Program-made: the position numbers and the translations under genes | The notes under the pieces: model-generated | Told to the model about the DNA's origin: nothing | The model's input: only the letters and a program-made list of their open reading frames with translations | The model's database searches: none | Shown here: positions 1-13,444 of the stretch, in pieces | How the letters are laid out: each line of letters begins with the position of its first letter | Numbering within the stretch: the first letter of the stretch is position 1 | Source of the DNA: Pecten maximus | Lineage: Eukaryota | Reading direction: 5' to 3' | NCBI RefSeq assembly: GCF_902652985.1 | Contig: NC_047016.1 | Span: 40,114,001-40,178,000, forward strand | Length of the DNA: 64,000 nucleotides

Positions 1-253
1 AATTAGGGTGAAGTGTCTTGCTCAAGGATACAATCATTATAGCAAAGACCAACCCATTTCTCAGCTTTCTGATATATAATAATTTTATTGTTGTTCCTAA
101 ACAGAAAATGAAAGATTAAGAGAGTGCAGATGTCACACACAAATGAGCATCCTGTTTTCTGTGAGATAAAATGACAACTACTGCATGGGTAGAATATTGT
201 AACATTTCATGGTATTGAAACAATTAAGAAGCCTTCTGTTGTTAAAAACATAC

Positions 254-3200
254 CCTCTGTTTCCTCATCTCCAGGATATCTTCTGTTCCATTGAAGAATC
301 CAAATTGACTAAAAAAAAGGTGTTACATGGTTAACATTAACAAGAGATTTTGTGAGCCAAAGAAAGAAATTATCTCCCCTTACTAATTTTTTTTTTTTGC
401 CTTGCTTACTTAAGAAAAATGGCTTTTAAAGATTTAATTGTAAACTGATCCGTGGACCAAGGTCATACATTGTAACTTGATAGTCCTTCATCTCAGCATG
501 CTTTTGAGGAAATAAATTACCCTGCACCTCTTGGTTACTTGTATATACATATCCTTGAAAGTGGGTCAAGGTCATTCATAGAACATTTGGTTTGTTTGTT
601 TTTGTTTAACGTCCTATTAACAGCCAGGGTCATGTAAGGACGTGCCAGGTTTTGGAGGTGGAGGAAAGCCGGAGTACCCGGAGAAAAACCACCGGCCTTC
701 GGTCAGTACCTGGCAACTGTCTCACGTAGGTTTCGAACTCGCAACCCAGTGGTGGAGGGCTAGTGTTAAAGTGTCTGTACACCTTAACCACTCGGCCACC
801 ACGGCCCCATTTTTTCATAGAACAAACTTGATAACTCATTAAAGAAGCATGGTTACTCACAAAATAACTGTTACAAAACTCTTGGATATTTTCAGTGTTT
901 ACAAAAAAATGAATGTACCTTGACTGCCATGGAGTAATCACTTGATCGTGAGGTCCACCGATTAACACAAGATTCTTCAGACGCAGAAAATTTTCTTTGT
1001 AATCTAAAATGAAAGATTTAAAAAGATGAAAAACTGTCTTACCAGAAAAAATATCTGAACATGAAGATGTTAAATGTTTCAGGCCGTAAGTAAATAACAG
1101 GTCATTTCCAGTTCTCTATTTTCAAACACAAAGTCCTAAAAAAATACATTTTGTTCAAGTATGTCAACAGTCATCATATCATATCAAGGACTATTATTGA
1201 AAACTTTTAGATTATTTATTTTTACAAGTGTTATAAAACAACTAATGAATCTTATAAGAATTACTAGTAATACAAGAGGCCTATAGGCCTAAACGCTCAC
1301 CTGCTGTGATTATAGCCCCATATCATTTTTTAACATCCCCCTACGAACCAAATAGAGGCTGATAGCTGCATGGCTGGTGGGCAGTATATTACCAAGGGTC
1401 TATCTCAAAGAATGTAAGGTTAAAATTTCTGGAGAATGTGATTCTGGAGATGGCAAAAAAATGGTGGATATCTTGCCCAAATATAATAACTGAAAAAGTA
1501 GGTCACAGTGACCATTTTTTTTCAATATTTGCTATCAACATTCCTTTCTAATCTTAGATGTCCATTTCTATTGCCCTAATGTAATAATTGAAAAAGTAGG
1601 TCACAGTGACCTAATTTTGCAATATTTGTTATCGGCATGCCTTTCTCATCCTAGATGTCCATTTCTATTGCCCTAGCATAATTACTGAAAAAGTAGGTCA
1701 CAGTGACCTAATTTTGCAATATTTGCTACCGGCATGCCTTTCTCATCCTAGATGTCCATTTTTATTGTCCTAATGTAATTATTGAAAGGTAGGTCAGTGA
1801 CCTAATTTTGCAATATTTGTTAACGGCATGCCTTTCTCATCCTAGATGTCCATTTCTATTGCCCTAATGTAATAATTGAAAAAGGTCACAGTGACCTAAT
1901 TTTGCAATATTTGTTATCGGCATGCCTTTCTCATCCTAGATGTCCATTTCTATTGCCCTAGCATAATTACTGAAAAAGTAGGTCACAGTGACCTAATTTT
2001 GCAATATTTGTTATCGGCATGCCTTTCTCATCCTAGATGTCCATTTCTATTGCCCTAGCATAATTACTGAAAAAGTAGGTCACAGTGACCTAATTTTGCA
2101 ATATTAGTTATGGGCATGCCTTTCTCATCCTAGATGTCCATTTCTATTGCCCTGATGTAATAATTGAAAAAGTAGGTCACAGTGACCTAACTTTGCAATA
2201 TTTGCTATCAGCAAGCAATTATCATCCTAGATGTCAGTTGATGTTGTCCTATCATTATTCCTACTTAGAGCAATGTAAAGACATAAATAGTATCAATGTG
2301 ACATGTTTTCCACTTGCACGGTATCACTACATAATATATATATATGTATATGACTAATGAATTAGAAAACTTTAGACTCTCTCATTTAAATTATCAGAAG
2401 TTTTCTGATCTTTACCATATTTACACACTAAAGCTAGACACTGGGTAACTGGGCAGCTCTGGAGATATGGCTCCATTCCACAGGGGCTTCCCAGACCTCT
2501 GCTGCCCTTTATCTAATTAATTTTATTGTTTTCCTGTGTGACCCTAAACCAGCAATATTATGGGTCATGCAGAGATTAAGCCAACAGGTTTTCTCATCAA
2601 AACTAATTGGTATCAGAGAGGAGAAAATCCAGAAGCCTAGTTATCTTAAACAAAGAAATGTTCTACAGAACCCCCCATTTGGGACCCCTAGCAGCAATGT
2701 TCACACTGAAGAGATATACAGTTGGTGCTGTTAGCAGCCAAGCTAGTCAGCTGCCAGTTCCCCCATTTTGGACCCCTAGCGGCAATGTTCAAACTGAAGA
2801 TATATACAGTGTATACAGACAGGTACAAACCATACAATTAAATTACAAAAAATGTAATTAAAAATCAACCACTCATTATACATACTCCAAATTAAACTCG
2901 TCTCTTTATCATCACAATCTGAACCTTGTTATTGAAAATCAACTCTAAATGATGTTCCAGTCATTAGATATCTTGTTCACAAACAAAAAATAAAGTACTT
3001 TTCCATAGCTCATCAGATGATAATTGCTGTGGTGGCCATCTTGTAAATTCTATGAGTTTTTGAAACAACACCTCTTATTCAGAAATGTCACTAGAACATT
3101 CCTAGAAAGTCTTCTTACTACGAAGCAAATAATATTAGAGTTATAAGGAAAAACATAATTTCAAAGATGGCGATCATGGCAGCCATCTTGAATTTTATTT

Positions 3201-6200
3201 TCACTTAATGAATACAAATATCTAGTCAGGACCTTCTAACTAATCATTCAATGCGAATTTCAACACTCTCGGTTAAAAAAAGTTAACGGACGACGGACGA
3301 CGCACGACAGACGCCGGATGATACCCCATAGCAAAAGCTCACATGAGCCTTCGACTCAGGTGAGCTAATAAAATGTTGGTATCAAAAGCAGGGTGCATTA
3401 AGTCTGAATGTGGATGGAAATCTCAGTGCCCAAGAAAACCCATCTCAGGCCCAAGTTTCAACATTCCTAAACATCAGGACATTTTATGCTTTAGCTTCAC
3501 AAAAATCTCCAAAATTTCGCTAGGTGGCATTTATTCCAAAAAGGCTATGAAAAACATGGTTACATGATTTTTTTTTTTTTTTTTTTTATTTATTTATTTA
3601 TTTGTTTATTTATTCATTTATTTGTTGTTTGTTTGTTTGTTACCTTTATTGTGTGCCGAGTTTGTATCATTGTCCAAAAGAGCCAGATAGACAGACTGAT
3701 TTCTGTACAGTTCCTCGTGGTGTGGATCTACAAATCAACAAGTCTTGTCAAAATAATCAAATATATAACTAAGTGTTTCAAAATACTAACGCACAATATA
3801 CATGTATTTAATTATTGCCAATCTTTAATACTGAAATCACAAGTTTTTAATATACGTTTTTAATAATTGAAAACAAAGATATAGATCTGATATAACAAGA
3901 GTTCTCACCATGCCAATAGTTACCAACAGACCACTGTTGTCCAGAACTTGTGTAGAAATACCTATAATTTCAATAAAAAAAAGATTTCACAATTCTTTAT
4001 ACAAAAAAAAATTGTTATTCACACCTAAAGGAAGTCAATAAACAATAAGAATCAATTTGAAGTTCAAGAATTTTTTCCCTCATTTATTCAATTAATTAAT
4101 ATGCATTTTCAAAAGGTGTCATATTATATGGATTCGAAGCAACTTATATTCTTAACTATGACACAGTATTTGCACATTATTTTCTTTAAATATGTTCAAC
4201 AGATTTACTTTATATCATCTAATATAGTCTGTATTATAATATCAATGTGTTTTGTTAAAAACCTTATGAATCAATACAAAAAAATGAAGGTATGTCACTT
4301 TTATACAATATAATAGATATTCAATAATTTTGTTATTTTTAAACTGAAACTGTTATTATCATTTTAAAATACATTTGTATCTTAAGTCTTAAAACTTAAA
4401 TTTGTATTAGAGAATGTATACTTTGTATCTGCAAGATAATGTCAAATTTGACAGTTATTCTTTTAGTACATTTTGTTGGATTATATGATCTAAAATAAAC
4501 ATTTTTCCATAAATGCCGGAAAATAACATCATAATTCACCTGTAAATTTCTTCTTTAATAAAGTGTGGAAATAAATATCTCAGATAGGCGGTGTCTGAAA
4601 AAAGAGATACATCCGTTATATTAGCTTCCAAAAATTACATTGAATCCACAGTACATTGTACATAGCTACTGAAGAACTTTCTTCCGTAAGTTCCTACTAG
4701 ATGAAGCATATCATTCATGGTATGTTTTATTCATTCTATGAATAAACTCTTCTAGATCTGATCATTTCAAATCATATTTGCTTTTGTCAGTGCATACAAA
4801 TGTTTTGTGATATAGGGGATTAAGAAGAGTCATGAAATATATAAAAATACCCCTTGACCAATATGAAATTCATGTATGAGATGACATAACTTGATAATGA
4901 GGATGTTGTGATTTGGTTTATTTTGTGAAACATCCTATTAACAGCCAGGGGAATTTGAGGATGTGCCAGGTTTTGGAGGTGGAGGAAAGCCAGAGTACCC
5001 AAGAAAAACCACTATACCAGGCAACTGCCCCACATGGGTTTCAAACTAGCAACCCTAGTGATAAAGTGCCCTGACACCTTGACCACTCGGCCACTACGGC
5101 CCCAGTGCAAATGTACATGTATATTGTGAACCATCTGAAATTTGATTACAAAGACTACATGTTTCTACATCATCTGCCCATCGCCAATTGTTGAACTTTT
5201 CCTGCTACAGTACATTATTCATATTAATAACTGCGAATGAAATATATATGGAAGGTTGGGACTGGTATAGGATCAATTTACAATTTCAGTTGTTGCTCAT
5301 ATCTAACCCCTGCCCCAACCCACCCCCTAAAGCTCATTGATGTTGATACTTCTGTTGCTGTTCATAGACTACTGGACTATCAGTCTGCCATGGTAATTAT
5401 TTATATTACTGTCAACCCCTAATGATTTTAAGTTAAAAGGTCATTTGATAACATCTTAAATACACAGTAGAAAATTATCCGTAAATGTGTGTGAGTTTCA
5501 CTTATCAAAATTGTGAATACGACAGAGCCTTAGGTCAGTGAAAATTGTCAGATATACTAACCTCCATATTGACCCGCCTGTGGTGAACTCAGGGATATAA
5601 ATGTATCAACATTGTGTCTAGTTACAGACAGCAGACCCCGACAAAGAAGTCCACCTGAAATATATAAGTTCATTTTTAATAATTTTAATAATTTTAGTGT
5701 AAATATGTTTAAGCCTTTTGAAAACAAACCAATATCTTTAATATATTTTTTTTTACCTTTAATTCAATTTACATTTTCATGAAAATCGCTTAAATGTAAA
5801 AACCATAACCAGGGAGAGCTTGCACACATCTATTGAATTTATGCAGGTACTTTTTGGTTGAAAAAATGGTATGCATCTTTTTTTTTCTTTCTAATATCTT
5901 ACTGGAGTTAGTCAATGCTCTCAAATTTAGGCCCTACTGATTTTGTGAATAAGTCTGAAAAAATAGATTTACTGTAACTATATAAAATCAAAATTTGACC
6001 TGCATATTATCATTATTCACGCATATCAATATGAAGTTAGTGTTTTTATTAGAAAAAGTAACACTCCTGTTACAGTATCCTAAAGAGTGTAAGAGCAGAA
6101 ACAAAATTATGATGGAAAGACAGCAGATGGTAACATTATTGTTATATATATACATGTACAGTCAAACCTGTCATATGTGACCTTCCAAGGGAGTCAATAA

Positions 6201-8112
6201 AAAGGGTCACATATGACAGGTGGTCTCTTAACCCAGGTTCAAGGAAAATGACCCGAAAAGGAAAGTTCATAATTATTCTGCCACATATGTAAAATTTATC
6301 AGCTACAAGTATCAGTACAAATATGAAAAGGAATTTCCTCAGTCATCAATTAAGATTGTGAATATAATAAAATCTGTAAGAGACCTGTCGAGGAAAATCA
6401 GTAAAAGCGGACAAGTTTGTCTGGTTTTTTTCTTAATTATGACTTCTGCTTCCATTTTAAAACTCAGAAAGTCGCTGAAAAAAGTCGCTTTTCAGCATGT
6501 GAGACACTGAAATGATGGTCATTAGTCGCGACTGACAGGTAGTCGCTTAATTCAGGTCACTAGTATAGTAAATAACGTTGGGAGGAAAAAATATGGTCGC
6601 ATATGAGAGGGAGTCGTTTAATTCAGGTGGTCGCTAAGGCAGGTTTGACTGTATATACATGCTGATGACAATGAATTGGGGTCAGGTCTAAAAACCTAAA
6701 GACAATAAACTATTAGACTTGAAATATAACATCTTTTGATATGACATGTAGAAATATACATGTACATCTTCCTACTTCAATAATCCAGATCTAGACCTAG
6801 CAATTCTTTAAACAGCGGACATATAGCATTGAGGTATTTTAAAATGCTATCCTAAGTGAATAACAAACCCTGTGAAAAGCATATGAGATGAACTCCGTCT
6901 GGATGATCCTTCATGATGTCCACGACTATGCCTTGGATTTTATATATTTGGGTCCATAATGGCTGCAAGCTCTGGTATCCGCTGAATGCATCAATAGTTG
7001 TCACATTGGTCCCTGGGTGAGCCTATTGTATAAAAGACAAAATAAAACACGTAGCACATTCAATATTACAGTATGTTGTTTTTTTCTGTTGTGTAGATAC
7101 AGTTGAGTGTAGAATAAAGGTTACACCCAAGTGCACTCGGAGTGCACTCCAGGTAAACTTGGAGTGCACTCCGAGTGGACCCTGAGTCTACCTGGAATCA
7201 TATATGACACCATGTCTGTCCCGGGTCTATAATCAGACTATATCATATATACATGTATTAATACTTTGATCCTTTAATATAATTTATATATAATAAATAA
7301 AATTTTACAAATTTCTTTTGTTCTGTTAATATTACTATTAACATGGTTTTAGTCTACTAGGAATATTTGTTTTATTGTTAATACATGGTAATAATGCCTA
7401 CTTGTCAAATTTATATTTATTAAGATCCATAAAAGACAGTTATACAATTTATGCTATAATCATATTTCTAGGAAAGTTTATTGCTTAATATTTCATTAAA
7501 ATGTAATTAAATTGTATTTCATTTTATCAAGCAATTGCCACACTACTCCAACAATGTTAGAGGTTTTACACGGCGAGATACTTTTGACAGGCGCCGTGTA
7601 CTGAGAACTGTAACGTGTATGTTGTATGAACTGAATTCTTGGATTAAGCCAGGTATTTGTAAAGTCCTAAATTAGTCCCACAGTCCAGTACATTATTCTT
7701 TCGACCTTATATTTCCAATGAAAATGTACATTTTTTTTGTAGCTACATTGTACATGGCCAAAAATGCATGCACTGAACGAATGTAGATTCATACCGCTAT
7801 GTAAATGCTAACAATTTTGGAACCAGTAAATCAGAACTATCAAAAGATACTAATATTGTTATAATTTAACATGTCAGCTGCATGCAGCCATTGCACAACA
7901 GCCTATACACCAATTGTATTACACTGAACTTGTAGGTCAGATTGCGAAACGAAAGTACAATTATGTAGGCTCCTACTTGCCTTTTCAATAAAAGCGGCGA
8001 GTGGTTTGACTTCATCAGGTGAAGCAAGAATTCCGTGCATGTAAATGACGGGTTTGTAACATAGACATAATCTAATGACTTCAAACAACGTCATAAACAG
8101 TAGACTTGTCAT
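254..8112 (-). CDS. PPT2: Lysosomal thioesterase PPT2 (palmitoyl-protein thioesterase 2), exons 1-8; final exon lies outside the window
   Basis: Exons 8112-7981, 7022-6869, 5654-5562, 4594-4540, 3961-3909, 3727-3644, 1003-919, 308-254 join in frame: hydrophobic leader + [10 protein letters not shown]...[13 protein letters not shown]...[18 protein letters not shown]...[23 protein letters not shown]...[14 protein letters not shown]...[32 protein letters not shown], matching PPT2 family motifs (nucleophile C-F/Y-S-Q-G-G). All junctions GT-AG except intron 1 (GC-AG). Confidence 0.95.
588..808 (-). mobile_element. tRNA-derived SINE in PPT2 intron
   Basis: Minus strand begins GGGGCCGTGGTGGCCGAGTGGTTAAGG (A box), B box GAGTTCGAAACC, central GTGGTTTTTCTCCGGGTACTCCGGCTTTCCTCCACC core (V/Meta-type), AAAC tail. 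Confidence 0.85.
1272..3370 (-). mobile_element. Helentron-like non-autonomous element (HINE/DINE-type) with internal satellite
   Basis: Ends ACAAGAGGCCTATAGGCCT...GCTCACCTG and GACG microsatellite + AGCTCAC...GGTGAGCTAA hairpin; same architecture as 58293-60497. Confidence 0.7.
1492..2250. repeat. 97-bp tandem repeat, about 8 copies
   Basis: GAAAAAGTAGGTCACAGTGACCTAATTTTGCAATATTTG... recurring at about 1501, 1599, 1696, 1792, 1884, 1981, 2078, 2175. Confidence 0.95.
4912..5103 (-). mobile_element. Second, more decayed copy of the same SINE
   Basis: Aligns to 588-808 (catcctattaacagccaggg...ccaggttttggaggtggaggaaagcc...accactcggccac). Confidence 0.8.
6159..6651. mobile_element. Tc1/mariner-type MITE
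   Basis: TIRs CAGTCAAACCTG / CAGGTTTGACTG flanked by TA on both sides. Confidence 0.85.
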
Positions 8113-8611
8113 GTTGAGCCGTTCTTCCTCTGTTGGCAACTGAAGCAATCAATGTCAGACAGATGCTCTGATCAGCGTTAGCCGGACACTTGAAAATGCA
8201 TATATTTTTCGCGGGAAATTATGGATTTTTCGCTCCATCGTTATTTAAAGTCTCATGTGGGTTGATGGAGCAGGATTGTTTGTCAGTTTATTTGACATAT
8301 ATATGGACTAGTCTAGCTCAATACAAACCACAACAGACGTTTCCTTCCTAGCTGCTTTTTTTTTAAACTTTGTAGGATAACTATAAGTCTTCAATTGCTA
8401 TCAAGCGGAGATCGACCCGTACGTTTACAAATATTACTAATTTACTAGTCTAGATCATTTTGTTTGGGGGGGGGGGGGGGGGGGGGGGGAGATAGGTTCT
8501 ATCTGCGTGTAATTTGTTCTTTACGTCATCTGACTAGTCTTTTTAAAGGTCCTTGTGCTATTATATTATGCATACTCAGTTGCAAGTGCAATAGCACTGT
8601 TGGCTATGGTG

Positions 8612-10117
8612 TATGGGGCGCCGTTTTACTATTTATTCCCATTTGGTGATATCACCTATTCAAATAGGTGATATCACCTATTCAAATGAGTGATATCACC
8701 TATTCGTTTCATTAAGTGATATCACCTATTCGAATAGGTGATATCACTTAAGAACTTTTCTAAGTGATATCACCTATTCGAATGAGTGATATCACCTATT
8801 CGTTTCATTAAGTGATATCACCCATTCGAATAGGTGATATCACTCATTCGAATAGGTGATATCACTTATTGAAACGAATAGGTGATATCACCAATTCGAA
8901 TAGGTGATATCACTCATTCGAATAGGTGATATCACTCATTCGAATAGGTGATATCACTTAATGAAACGAATAGGTGATATCACCAATTCATTTTTCAAAT
9001 AAGTGATATCACCTATTCGAATAGGTGATATCACTTAATGAAACGAATAGGTGATATCACCAATTCATTTTTCAAATAAGTGATATCACCTATTCGAATA
9101 GGTGATATCACCCATTCGAATAGGTGATATCACTTAATGAAACGAATAGGTGATATCACTTATTCGAATAGGTGATATCACTCATTCGAATAGGTGATAT
9201 CACCAATTGGAATAGGTGATATCACTTAAAAATATTCTTAAGTGATATCACATATTTGAATAGGTGATATCACCCATTCGAATAGGTGATATCACTTATA
9301 AAATTCTTAAGTGATATCATCTATTCGAATGAGTGATATCACCTATACGAATAGGTGATATCACTTATGAAATTTTATAAGTGATATCACCTATTCGAAT
9401 TGGTGATATCACCTATTCGAATGAGTGATATCACCTATTCAATCAGTGATATCACCTATTCGAATAGGTGATATCACCAATTCATTTTTCAAATAAGTGA
9501 TATCGACTATTCGTTTCATTAAGTGATATCACCTATTCGAATGAGTGATATCACCTATTCGTTTCAATAAGTGATATCACCTATTCGAATGAGTGATATC
9601 ACCTATTCGAATGGGTGATATCACTTAATGAAACGAATAGGTGATATCACTTATTCGAATAGGTGATATCACTCATTCGAATAGGTGATATCACTTTAAA
9701 AAGTTCTTAAGTGATATCACCTATTTGAATAGGTGATATCACTCATTTGAATAGGTGATATCACCAAATGGGAATAAATAGTAAAACGGCGCCCCATAGA
9801 TATCACCTGTTCGAATAGGTGATATCACTTAAGAATATTTTTAAGTGATATCACCTATTCCAATTGGTGATATCAACTATTCGAATGAGTGATATCACCT
9901 ATTCGAATGAGTGATATCGCCTATTCGTTTCATTAAGTGATATCACCTATTCGAATGGGTGATATCATCTATTCGAATGGGTGATATCACTTATTTGAAA
10001 AATGAATTGGTGATATCACCTATTCGAATAGGTTATATCACTGACTGAATAGGTGATATCACTGATTGAATAGGTGATATCACCAAATGGGAATAAATAG
10101 TAAAACGGCGCCCCATA
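8612..10117. mobile_element. MITE-like element filled with palindromic 22-bp GTGATATCAC-CTATTCGAATAG minisatellite
   Basis: Left end TATGGGGCGCCGTTTTACTATTTATTCCCATTTGG at 8612; exact inverse ending at 9798 and again at 10117. Confidence 0.85.
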
Positions 10118-11097
10118 ATGGCGGCAATCATGGATTAGGCCTATGGACTGACCAGAAAAATATCAACATTTGGTAAGGACCATCTCGGGATCATTTCAGG
10201 TAAGGTAGAACTTGAGAAGAAGTTTGAAATAAGTGTTGTTCAGGAAATTGAAAACTATGATTGCGCAAGCATGTTACAAAATGGCAACCGTGTCTGCCAT
10301 GTTTAGATTTTACGAGGCTGAAAAATAGCAACACTTTGTTGGCTACCCTTTCTAATCATCCTCACCGATTTCCAGCTCTATGGCACCAGTGTAAGAAGCG
10401 AAGTATAAAATGCGTTATTCATTTCAAGATGGCTGCCTCGGACCTACCCGAAAAATAACAATACTTAGATCTAGTCAGGGCCATCTCGGGAACATTCCAG
10501 GAAAGTTTCAGCTTTCAGTTCAGTGGAACTCGAGAAGTTTGAAATGTGAAAACGGACGGCGCATGACGACGGACGAAGTACGATTGCTATAAAATGGTCC
10601 CCCAAGAAATAAGAACAAGAGTATAAGAAATATAATGTTAAAGTTTATTTAGATAAAACAGTGTGGCACTAGTGATACTTGCAATTGTTAAAAAATCATA
10701 ACAGCTTTAATTATAGAACAATATAACAGTGTTGCTAAGTGACATTATAGAACCAAATGTGCTGATAATATACAAACACAACATAAGAATATGACAATAA
10801 ACAAACAATATTACGATAAACAAACAACATAACAATATGACAACATTATAAATACAACAATACAAAATGACATAGAAACACGCCGAAACAATGACAATAT
10901 ACAAACAATATATGATATACAAACACATTAATACAACAATATGACAACATGCAAACACAGCATCACACATTTGTGCTGATCAAACACTAATCAATTATAC
11001 GTAGCACTAACGTCTATGGATATCGGAATTACCGAGATTAACCTATCACATTATCAGTCTATCACACGCCCCTCCAGAGAATGCTGTAGTTGGTCTA

Positions 11098-12101
11098 TCA
11101 CACGCCCCTCCAGAGAATGCTGTAGTTGGTCGTAGACATCCTGGCTAGCTCGTCAGTCTCCACGGTCCTTCCCGATGTGGCTGGCATCTCCAAGTCTGGG
11201 TCTCCTCCCAGGGAAGTGAGGACAAGGGCAGATAACTCCTGGACCTGGCGATTCTTCGTGGATCGGTACTGGTCAAACATCCTGCGGACACCCTGGATGA
11301 TGGACTTGCGGGTCAGTAGGTGGAGAACAAGGCTGTGGGCATCGTCAAGTGTGGATAGGAAAAGTTGTCGGTCAAGGCGGGTCAACTGGTCATCTGGAAT
11401 AAAAGATTAAATACATGTATATGTTACTATGTTCAAAGACATTATTCAAGATAAGATCTATCGCACATTGTCCAATAAAAAAAAAAAAATAGAAACTGGA
11501 CATAAGAGTTACGACCGGAAATAAACACACAAGTGTTGATCCCTTTAAAAAAGTCTATATACCAGAAAAAAACCATTTGATTTATATTGAAATGATACAG
11601 TATAGAAATAATCTATTTATTTAGCATTTCTTTGTTGGTATGAAAAACGAACTTTCAACAATTTTAATTTAAACACCTTAAGAATGTGGAATTACGATTC
11701 ATTCTAAATATTTGGTTTGTACATGTATGGTGGAAGAACTTCCTAACTTGTTATTACATTATTACATATTTCATCACAATGTATGGATGGTTTTATTGAG
11801 AAACTAACTGAATTAAAAATAATAAGATAGGATATTTACCCTAACAATACAATTATCCTGAAGTGGGTTTGAGCAATTTAATTAAAGTTATTAAAAAGCG
11901 TTGAAAAAAATGAAGAAAAAATATAAGTTTGATATTGTGCTTTCTAAGAATTAATAATGTTTACATCAAAATAATAGCTTTTTTATCTTAACAATACATA
12001 CCTAAGAAGTTGACCTGCTTGGCAGCGTTGTCGTGGGCCAGTAACAGACTCTGGAGTTTCTGGGCGTAGTACACAACATCAGTAGAGGTCATCTCAGCCA
12101 T
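11098..12101 (-). CDS. Multicopy 131-aa orphan protein, copy 1 (2 exons)
   Basis: Exon 1 12101-12002 (MAEMTSTDVVYYAQKLQSLLLAHDNAAKQVNFL, strong Kozak ACCATGG, donor G|GTATGT), exon 2 11393-11098 (acceptor TTCCAG|, DDQLTRLDRQ...SILWRGV*); 396 nt, phase-1 intron of 608 bp. Confidence 0.88.
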
Positions 12102-12329
12102 GGTACAGGGTAGAGGTCAATTAGTGGGTAGTTCTGGCAGTAGGTATAGAGGCAATGTTGATATCAAATTAGAAAATCGTCTGCTTATATAGACAAGGCT
12201 TGATTTTGATTGGTCTCATCACTTAATCAGTTGCATTGGTCGGAAGAATTAACTCCTCCCATATTTTGATTATCTTAATTACACTTAAACAGTTTTACCG
12301 TTAAATGTGAGTAGATATTGTAACGGTGT

Positions 12330-12873
12330 TGAGATCAAAGGTTTCTTGTCCAGATATGGCTTGGTTTTACCGTACAGGTAATTAGAGGTGGAAATGGAGG
12401 TAAGATCAAAGGTTTCTTGTCCAGGTATGGCTTGGTGTTACTGTACAGGTAATTAGTGGTGGTACTGGAGGTAAGATCAAAGGTTTCTTGTCCAGGTATG
12501 GCTTGGTGTTACTGTACAGGTAATTAGAGGTGGAAATGGAGATAAGATCAAAGGTTTCTTGTCCAGGTATGGCTTGGTTTTACTGTACGGGTAATTAGAG
12601 GTGGTACTGGAGGTAAGATCAAAGGCCTCTTGTCCAGGTATGGCTTGGCGTTACTGTACAGGTAATTAGAGGTGATACTGGAGGTAAGATCAAAGGCCTC
12701 TTGTCCAGGTATGGCTTGGTGTTACTGTACAGGTAATTAGAGGTGATACTGGAGGTAAGATCAAAGGTCTCTTGTCCAGGTATGGCTTGGTGTTACTGTA
12801 CAGGTAATTAGTGGTGGTACTGGAGGTAAGATCAAAGGCCTCTTGTCCTGGTATGGCTTGGTGTTATTGTACA
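12330..12873 (-). promoter_or_regulatory. 71-bp tandem array upstream of copy 1; 8 units, 8 intact TCF/LEF sites
   Basis: AGATCAAAGG at 12332, 12403, 12474, 12545, 12616, 12687, 12758, 12829; unit also has TAATTA and two CAGGTA. Repeat is certain; regulatory role is inferred. Confidence 0.7.
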
Positions 12874-13444
12874 GTTGCAAATTGATTTGACTAAGTTGAC
12901 TATTGACTTAGGTATTCCAAGTGTTATATACAACATACAATAATGTACAGTTCATTACGGCGATGGAAAATCAAATAAATTATACATTTTTCATTACGTC
13001 CTTGTAGATTGTTTCTGCACTGACTAACGACAAAATGTGTCGGAATACAAAAAAAAAATATGGACATATGTTAAATTGAAAAGGTACGTGACAAAGAGAA
13101 GCCAGTTTTACGTTAGCAGGAAGTGACCGACTTAATAATATTGGAAATCAAGTTAACCATGATGTTTGGAACGTAATGTGAAATTAAGTTTTAGATATTT
13201 GCCTAAGTTACACAGTTCCTTTTTATCCTGAACGGTTAATAATTGAACCAGTTTATAAAATGATGGCCGATTCCAGTAATATTTCTTTATATATCTTTTA
13301 CGTAAATCAATATAAAGAGGACAGATAAGCATGAAATGAAATTCATCTTCTATCAAATTTTGAGTTCAGTTAATGCAAAATCCGTGTTCTATTGAAATAT
13401 TTTGGAATCTACCTTCTTCAATATGTAATTGATGAGACGATAAT

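Noticed and set aside
7903-8148. Longer PPT2 N-terminus from the ORF-track start at 8148
   Set aside because: That start is TTG; the ATG at 8112 gives a plausible signal peptide.
11126-11410. Antisense ORF over exon 2 of the orphan gene
   Set aside because: Non-ATG start, shadow of the GC-richer exon; substitutions are synonymous in the sense frame and splice sites fit only that strand.
12330-12873. 71-bp array as CRISPR-like array
   Set aside because: Head-to-tail repeats with no unique spacers, eukaryotic context, no cas genes.
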